Both the position numbers and the translations under genes were made by a program. A DNA stretch of 64,000 nucleotides from Eledone cirrhosa (lineage: Eukaryota): the NCBI GenBank assembly GCA_964016885.1, contig OZ024741.1:169074001-169138000 (forward strand), written 5' to 3'. Positions 55,610-64,000 of this stretch are shown here, in pieces. A model generated the notes under the pieces. The model worked only from the letters and a program-made list of their open reading frames with translations, was not told the origin of the DNA and did no database searches. Each line of letters starts with the position of its first letter. The stretch's first letter is position 1.

Positions 55610-56200
55610 AACACAGCTTTGATTGAGATTGAAGCAAACTGGTGGAAATAGATGAACATACTCTGCTTTTATTAGGTCTTCCTCACACCGATAGAACTAA
55701 TTTCTATGGCATACAATGCAGAAGACCTTAACTCCTATGTTAACAGAAACGAGCCAAAATTATAAGATGATAAAAAAGCTGTAGATGACATTATATTTGA
55801 GTCAATTACACAACAGAATGATGGCCTATTTTTTTATCAATGCTCTGGGTGGCACTGGTAAAACCCTTTTCATAAACCTTGTTGTCTAAAATTCTACAAG
55901 ATTAAAAAATAGCTTTAGCAGTTGCTTCATCTGGAATTGCCGCAACACTTTTACCTGGAGTTGGACAGCTCATTCTGCTTTCAAATTTGACTTAGGCCTC
56001 AGTTTGAATTAAATGTCCATGTATCATATAAAAAGGACTAAGGAGCTGCTTAAGTATTTCAAAGAGTCACTGTCATTTTATTAGGGGACTTCTAACAAAC
56101 TTTACCTGTGATATCAAAGGGCACTTGCACTAATAAAGTTTGAGCTTACCTAAAACCATCAACTTTATGGCCACTTATCACTAAACTCAGTTTAATGCTG
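55610..56200 (+). pseudogene. Helitron RepHel PIF1-family helicase remnant
   Basis: Across frameshifts: FFINALGGTGKT (Walker A), KIALAVASSGIAATLLPG..TAHSAFK, LLGDF*QTLPVISKG and LKPSTLWP. Confidence 0.88.
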
Positions 56201-56213
56201 ACATTAAACGGTG

Positions 56214-56284
<71 letters not shown>

Positions 56285-56293
<9 letters not shown>

Positions 56294-56322
56294 GACATGT
56301 AACTTTCTATAGAACTTCTCAG

Positions 56323-56388
<66 letters not shown>

Positions 56389-56466
56389 CTGAGAAGTTCT
56401 ATAGAAAGTTACATGTCTATATATATATATACATATAGACATGTAACTTTCTATAGAACTTCTCAG

Positions 56467-56514
<48 letters not shown>

Positions 56515-56545
56515 CTGCGAAGTTCTATAGAAAGTTATATGTCTG
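56285..56545. repeat. Four alternating-orientation copies of a ~36-bp unit separated by (TA)n
   Basis: AGACATGTAACTTTCTATAGAACTTCTCAGGTG and its reverse complement in +,-,+,- order. Confidence 0.9.
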
Positions 56546-56916
56546 ACTAATTATAATTAGTTTCTAATTATTTGCTATGTCGCTGATATTTCATTGACTC
56601 TATAATTCAATCATGTAACGTTGATTGTTAACTGGGAGACATCAAAAGGAATTTTGGAATTTTACAATTTACAGAAATAATTTTTCTTTCTCTTGAAAAC
56701 TACTAAATTCCTTCACTTTTCCTGTAGTTAAATGTTTTCCTCATTATTTTAGTTTATCGGGGTTTTTTTTACTGGTTTCAGTCATTAGACAGTAGTCATG
56801 CTAGGGCTCTGCAATAAAAGGATTTTAATTAATCATATTGACTTTTGTAATTGTTGAACCACTATGTTGCAATACATATACACAAGCACAGATGTAAACA
56901 TAGACACAGTCACACG

Positions 56917-56955
<39 letters not shown>

Positions 56956-57024
56956 ACACACACACATACAGACACACACACACACACACACACACATTTA
57001 TATATATATATATATATACATATA

Positions 57025-57520
57025 TAAGGTTTCTTCCTACATACAACAGGATGACTGTATGGTGCCTGTGTGTGAAGTATGATGCTGCATGGTAGTGAAA
57101 CATGGGTTGTGACTGCAGAGGATGTGCATAGACTTAAGAAAAATGAAACCATGCTCCATTGGAAGTGCAATATGAGTGTGAGAGAAAGGCAGATCTTCCA
57201 CAAGGGGAAGGAGAAGCTGGGTTTAAGAGGAATCCGAGATGGTGTACAGGAAAGAAGATTGTATTGGTTTAGACATGTGATTCAAATCGACAATGATCAT
57301 TGGGGGAAGATGTGCCCAAAATTGCCAGTGGAAGGAAGCCATGGTAGAGGTAGACCAAGAAAGATCTGGGCTGAGGTTGTGAGTGTTGACTTCAAATCAC
57401 TGAGACACACAGAGGCAATGAGAAAGGATTACATGTGGAGAGATGCCATGCTGAGAAGGACCCATCCAACCCATGCAAGCATGGAAAAGTGGAAAAGTGG
57501 ACATAAAAACGATGATGATA
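57025..57520 (+). pseudogene. RTE-clade LINE 3' fragment
   Basis: [40 protein letters not shown], same family as 34083 and 50918. Confidence 0.9.
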
Positions 57521-57530
57521 TATATATATA

Positions 57531-57599
<69 letters not shown>

Positions 57600-57929
57600 A
57601 TATGTATATAGTAATAATAATAAATTTGAAGACTAAAATCCAAAGAGGGCTCGATAAGGATAAATGTATATCATATATATAAGAACCCTAGAGCAAATAT
57701 TTATTAAAATAACAGATTAAAGTTTAAGCAAAGAATCGTTGCTTTCACCCTTAACGGCATCTTCTGGAACTAAAAAAATCAATCTGTTTAACGCAGAAGT
57801 AAATATTTCGAAAAACGTTGCAACCGAAGGAAAACAGGAAGACGATACTTTGGTTCGGGAAGAACGGAAAAAAGCGAAGATAATACGTCCTTATGTGGTG
57901 CGATGAGAACAATTAGACGCAATGGATTG

Positions 57930-58851
57930 CACTACCCGTATAGAAAGTCGAATGACACGCTTAATTACATAAGTAAGCATTCTAACCTTCCTGCCAGCAT
58001 AACCAAGAACCTGGTAAGAAACGTTTCTTTGAGGTTTCCCGTCTATCTACAAATGAGCATATTTTCACCGACCATTCCACATATTACAATGAAGCTCTTG
58101 CTTGGAGTGGATTTGTTGATAAGGTAGCATATACTAAGTATGAGCATAGACCAAGGAAAAATAGATCCCGACGCATTATAAGTATAACCCACCATATAAT
58201 ATGGAGGTGGCCACACCATTAGCTAAAATCTTTCTCTCCCTTATTAAGAAGCATTTCCCCTCAGCACATAAATATAATAAAATTTTTAATAGAAATACCA
58301 TTAAAATATCTTACTCTACGACTCCCAACCTTGCACATAACATCACTGCTTCAAATTTAGCTAAATTACCTAGCCGTATGAACACGTGCAACCCTGTAGC
58401 TAGTACTAACTGTAATTGTAGGAATCGGGTTGACTGCCCTCTATCCGGGAAATGCCCCTCCAGTAACATTGTCTACAAATGTAAAATCGAAACACCCACG
58501 TCCCGTAGGGCCTAGATAGGGTTAACCGCCAATAGATTCAAGCAGCGTCTTTACATGCACACCCATTCTTTTCTTAACCCTTTAAGGAGAAATATGACGT
58601 CACTTTCAGCTTATATCTGGAGTCTAAAAGACAACCACACCCTATATAGGTTACACTGGGAGATCCTAGGTAAAGCTAGATTGTATAATGGAAATAAAAG
58701 ATTATGCTATCTTTGCGCCGCTGAAGCCCTGGAAATACTCTACGCCAATGACCACATCTTAAACAAAAAATCTGAGGCAATTTCGGCTTGTAAACACAAA
58801 TTGCATAAAACTTTCCTGTATTACAGCCCCACATTATACCCTAACGGATAG
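57930..58851 (+). pseudogene. Penelope-like RT thumb, Cys-rich linker and GIY-YIG endonuclease
   Basis: PYRKSN..YISKHSN, YNPPYN, KIFNRNTIKISYS, CNCRNRVDCPLSGKC, IVYKC..A*IGLT (YIG with TAG), CYLC and LNKKSEAISACKH. Confidence 0.9.
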
Positions 58852-59720
58852 TACGAACAATACGCAGATAATTTACGTGGTAGCTAAGTATATTTTATGT
58901 TTATGCCATTACTTATTGGTATAGATAAGTATACCTTACCCGTATGTTTTGTGAAGGTACGTATACTTTCTTGTACGTATATATGCTTGTATTTGTTATA
59001 GGTGTATATATTATATATACTGGTATATGTGTATTTTGTGTTTGTATGTGTATGCGTGTATGCGTGTTTGCACGTATGTAAGGTGTGTATATGTGTACAT
59101 TGTGACTTGGTTGACGTACGTTTGGTAAACATATGTGTATTTACCTGTAGGTATGTGTGTGCGTGCGGTATATACGTATTTACGTTATTTACGTTTATAT
59201 AATTAAATGTATACACACACACATATATATTTTTTATGTGTATTTGGTGTGTACGTTCGAATGTGTGCGGGTACAGATGTCGCGCGGGTTTATTTTTGTA
59301 TGTGTGCGTGTGTTTGTGTACGTGCATGTATATGTATGCATGGCGGGTGTTTTCGCGTATGCACGTGTATGTACGTATATAGATGCGTGTATGTATATTT
59401 TTAATTATTATTGATTTTAATAACCTCTGTCATTTTCGTTCTACAAATTTATTTACATTATTCTTAACTCTGAAGTTTCCTAAATAGAATATTCGGTTTC
59501 CTAAAGAGAATATTAGTCTACAACTTCATTTATACCATAAATGTGGTTTTGTCTTTGCGTGTAATTGTACTCAACGCTCCACATAACGACGTATTATCTT
59601 CGCTTTTTTCCGTTCATTGCCAGGGAACGTCTTCACGAACCAAAGTATCGTCTTCCTGTTTTCCTTCGGTTGCAACGTTTTTCGAAATATTTACTTCTGC
59701 GTTCACAGATTGATTTTTTT

Positions 59721-59771
59721 AGCTGCAGAAGATCCCGTTAAGAGTGAAAGCAGCGATTCTTTGCTTAAACT
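59721..59771 (+). ncRNA. Hammerhead-fold motif (CAGAAGA core) in the 3' pLTR
   Basis: Same motif as 41722 with a few substitutions. The inverted copy is at 57721-57771. Confidence 0.55.
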
Positions 59772-59797
59772 TTAATCTGTTATTTTAATAAATATAA

Positions 59798-59943
<146 letters not shown>

Positions 59944-60009
59944 GGTAGGGTAAACATGACAGTGGAGAAGTAAGCATGAACGTATGTGCGTAAGATTGAA
60001 AAATAAGGG

Positions 60010-60245
60010 AGGGGAGTTGAGTCCATTGGGGAAACTGGGCCCAAGGCAGAAAATCTGACTCTGCTCTATCCTGGTGCATGAGGATTGTGATCCATGATGT
60101 AAAAGGACACCAAGGACTGAGACATGTAGGGAAGAGTGACCTGGTGAATAGAAATGACGAGCAATGAGAATATCCATACAGAGTCGTATGTCCTAAATGT
60201 TCAACAAAATGATCAGCCAAATGACGTCTTGTTTGTTCCTGCAAA
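60010..60245 (-). pseudogene. Penelope-like GIY-YIG endonuclease C-terminal remnant (second family)
   Basis: EQTRRHLADHFVEHL then, after a frameshift, IARHFYSPGHS..RIEQSQIFCLGPSFPNGLN. Confidence 0.8.
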
Positions 60246-61129
60246 GGGAATACCGGAGGGCATAGTCTACGTGGGTGGAGGTGCAGCTGAAGGAGTTGCG
60301 GATACGGAATAAACCATTGGTTCCTGTGAGAGTGGTGAGGTTAGAAATATATATATATATTGGGGGTTGTGTCTATGTTTACACCTGAGCCTGTGTCTAT
60401 GTCTTGCAAGATAGTGGTTCGAGAAAAAGAGATTGATGAAATAAGTACTAGACCTGAAAATACAAAAGTACAAAAGTCAATAGCACGGATAAAGTATTAA
60501 TCAACCTAAGTTTATAGTAGAAGACACTTGCCCAATGTGCTGCACACTAGAACTGAGCCTATAACAATTTGGTTAAACCTATTCATCCTCATGATGATGA
60601 TGATCATGATGATGATCATCATCATGATCATCATCATCGTTTAATGTCTATCTTCCACGCTAGCATGGTAGTCAGGTTTGTCCAATTTAGAGGCAAGTTG
60701 GGTGACCGTGTCTCGCTCATATACGACTGTTTCTGGCTGGTTTTCTACAGTTGGATGCCCTTCCTAATGCCAACCACAATTACAGTATGTGCTAGGTGCT
60801 TTTTGCCATGTCTTTTACATGACCACGTGAGCTGGATGGTTTGTGGTACCAACATAACATATATATATATATATATATATACATATATACATATATATAT
60901 CATGATAATGATATATATATGTATATATTTGTGTGCATATAGATATACCATACATATACATATATCATATATATACATATATATATCATCATCATCATCA
61001 ATCATCGTTTAACGTCTATCTTCCACTCTAGCATGGATTGGATGGAAATTGTCCAACTTGAGACAAGATTGGTCGGGTGACCATGTCTCGCTTGTATAGG
61101 ACTGTATATGCCAGGTTTTCTATGGCTGG

Positions 61130-61262
<133 letters not shown>

Positions 61263-61458
61263 TTATATATATCCTCATCCTCATTTTTACGTCCGCTTTT
61301 TCCCTGCTTGCAAGGGTGGGACGGGACTGATTATGGGTTGATTTCTTCAGCTGGAGGCCCTTCCTAACACCAACCTCATTATATATATATATATATATAC
61401 ATATTATATATTTAAACTTTTTAAGCTTGTTGAATCCCAACAAATTAAATACAGCCTC

Positions 61459-61534
<76 letters not shown>

Positions 61535-61674
61535 CATTATCGGAGAAAGCTTTTAGCGATATTCCGGCCAAATCCCAACTCACTCAACAAACATTAGGAA
61601 ATAAGTGAGTATATTCCTAATTAAACGTATATGTATATATATATTATATATATACATATATATATACATATATT

Positions 61675-61731
<57 letters not shown>

Positions 61732-61735
<4 letters not shown>

Positions 61736-62642
61736 AAAGTTTGTCCTTCATCAGTGATCTTCCAACCATCATAGGCATTTCATCGCTTTAAAGACCATAT
61801 ACCTCCGGTTGGTGCGAGCAACGGCTAAAATAAGTCGTTGGGACACGTAAATAAATGGGACGCGAGTGTAAACAAACAAAATGGTGAAGCAACAGAAAGT
61901 GAGGAAGAAGGAGACAAGTCCCAAATTTCTATGAATTTAAATTCGGTGGTTGGAAGATCACTGATTTATGACAAACTTTTTTCATATGTAACCCATTTGC
62001 AACTCCGCAGCGCCCTTATTATCATATTTACACATATTTTTTCCTCTGCTGCTACATGTCTTTTTCGTTCTATGTATCTTTACCCTTTCTAGCAGTATCT
62101 CTCTCTGTTAGCCTCTTCCTCACCCTTCACTCACTCATTCTCTGTCACTACCTCTCCTCCTCCTCTTTCTTCCCGTTTGACCTGTGCGTAATTCTTTTCT
62201 CTCGCACGCTCGGCCAAGCTGGTCGGAATTTTTTCTCTCTCTCGTCTACGATTTCACAGAACTTATGTTTACCGAATTCGCAGACCAGACCCCTTCTTCC
62301 TCCCGTTAGACCTGTGGGAAATTCCTTCCTTGCTCACATTTCAACCAGGTTTGATGGTCTTTATTCTCTCGTTCACGATTTCACCGAATTTAAATTCATA
62401 GAAATTTGGGACTTGTCTTCTTCTTCCTCACTTTCTGTTGCTTCACCATTTTGTTTGTTTACACTCGCGTCCCCTTTATTTACGTGTCCCAACGACTTTT
62501 TTTAGCCGTTGCTCGCACCAACCGGAGGTATATGGTCTTTAAAGCGATGAAATGCCTACGATGGTTGGAAGATCACTGATGAAGGACAAACTTTTTTCAT
62601 ATGTAACCCATTTGCAACTCCGCAGCGCCCTTATTATCATAT
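61732..62642 (+). mobile_element. pLTR-like non-coding element with inverted 5' copy and partial tandem repeat
   Basis: 61732-61946 is the reverse complement of about 62384-62600, and 61949-62025 directly repeats 62563-62640. (TA)n flanks. Confidence 0.8.
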
Positions 62643-62765
62643 ATATATATATATATATACATATATATATACATATATATATATACATATATATATACAT
62701 ATATATATATATATACATATATATACATAGTTGAAAATTGCAAACTCGACTGTCACCACATATTA

Positions 62766-62804
62766 TGAACCTGAAGATTGCGAAAGCATGAAAGTACTTG
62801 TTCA
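62766..62804 (+). ncRNA. Minimal type I hammerhead ribozyme (family D)
   Basis: Identical to 23124-23162. Confidence 0.85.
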
Positions 62805-62974
62805 ATTAACACTTAGAATTTAGTATTCTATCATACTATTTCATTATAATACCATTATATATTTTAAAGGATTGTAAATAAAACGAGTAAATCAGACAAA
62901 GTTGGAATTCCTCTTATTAATATAATCTTCTATACACAATCATACACACCCGTGTATATCTACCTATCTATATC

Positions 62975-63103
<129 letters not shown>

Positions 63104-63138
63104 TTATATATATATATATACATATATACATATATATA

Positions 63139-63185
<47 letters not shown>

Positions 63186-63359
63186 ATATATACACATATA
63201 TATATAAATATCTATATATATATTTATATATATATATATATATTGTTATACTTTGGGAGGGTCATGTTGCCAATAAGAAACGAAATATATATATATATGT
63301 ATAAACGAAATATATATATATGTATCAACGAAATATATATATATATGTGTATAAACGAA

Positions 63360-63405
<46 letters not shown>

Positions 63406-63420
63406 AAACGAAATATATAT

Positions 63421-63858
63421 CATCATCATCATCATCATCGTTTAACGTCCATCTTCCACGCTTGCATGGGTTTGGCCGGGAGTTTTCCCACGTGAGGCAA
63501 GATTGGTTGTCCTGCTCGTATAGGACTGTCTGGCGGGTTTTCTACGGCTGGATGCCCTTCCTCACACCAACCACGTTTACGGTGTGGACTGGGAGGTTTT
63601 TACCGTGTTACCTACACGGCCACATTACAGCGTGGACTGTGTGTTTTTTGTCGTAACACCTACACGTCTGGCGGGTTTTCTACGGCTGGGTGCCCTTCCC
63701 AACACCAACCACGTTTACAGTGTGTACTGGGAGGTTTTTACCGTCTTACCTACACGGCCACATTACAACGTGGACTGTGTGTTTTTTTTGTCCTGACACC
63801 TACACAACCTTATTTGTTTCGGACTGGATGTTGTGGTACCAACATAACTTCACATTTA
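63421..63858 (-). mobile_element. RTE-tail repeat with internal tandem duplication
   Basis: Matches 35203-35490. The segment 63527-63665 is repeated at 63666-63805. Confidence 0.75.
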
Positions 63859-64000
63859 AGGGGGGGGGGGGGGGGGGTATTTTGTTAGAGGTGCCTACTG
63901 ACTGTAGGTTTCGCTTTGTACTTAGGCAAGGCGGGTCTTCTGTATAACTGTGTAGCGCCAAAGATCTCGGACCAGTGACATTGTCTTGGAGAGGTGTAAG

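Larger units (their letters stand above)
57610..59795 (+). mobile_element. 5'-truncated Penelope-like element (Naiad-like) with inverted 5' pLTR and 3' pLTR, inserted in (TA)n
   Basis: 57695-57890 is the reverse complement of 59588-59793, flanking an RT-thumb/GIY-YIG remnant. Confidence 0.88.

Noticed and set aside
56285-56545. CRISPR-like or FRT-like array (36-bp repeats, GAAGTTCTATAGAAAG)
   Set aside because: Repeats alternate in orientation, spacers are pure (TA)n, there are no cas genes, the context is eukaryotic, and the FRT resemblance is only partial.

Overview
AT-rich, microsatellite-saturated eukaryotic DNA. The (TA)n/(CA)n density, tRNA-derived SINEs with CORE-like and Meta-like domains, and RTE LINEs suggest an octopus/cephalopod intron or intergenic region; this taxon call is inference. 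I found no intact host gene, and nearly all ORFs in the track are translations of simple repeats. Recognisable coding remnants are all transposon-derived: a Penelope-like (Naiad-like) RT-thumb/GIY-YIG element with an inverted 5' pLTR (57.6-59.8 kb), a second GIY-YIG fragment, several RTE LINE fragments, a GC-rich CRE-type endonuclease fragment, a Helitron PIF1 helicase remnant and a Tigger-like remnant. The main hidden structure is a dense set of type I hammerhead ribozyme motifs, about 20 from about 10 unrelated sequence families, folded by hand. They sit in short non-coding, often fold-back elements embedded in (TA)n tracts, resembling Penelope pLTRs or retrozymes. They include a family with a fixed non-canonical CAGAAGA core, palindromes centred on hammerhead stem II, and a Helitron carrying a SINE plus a ribozyme-bearing pLTR.
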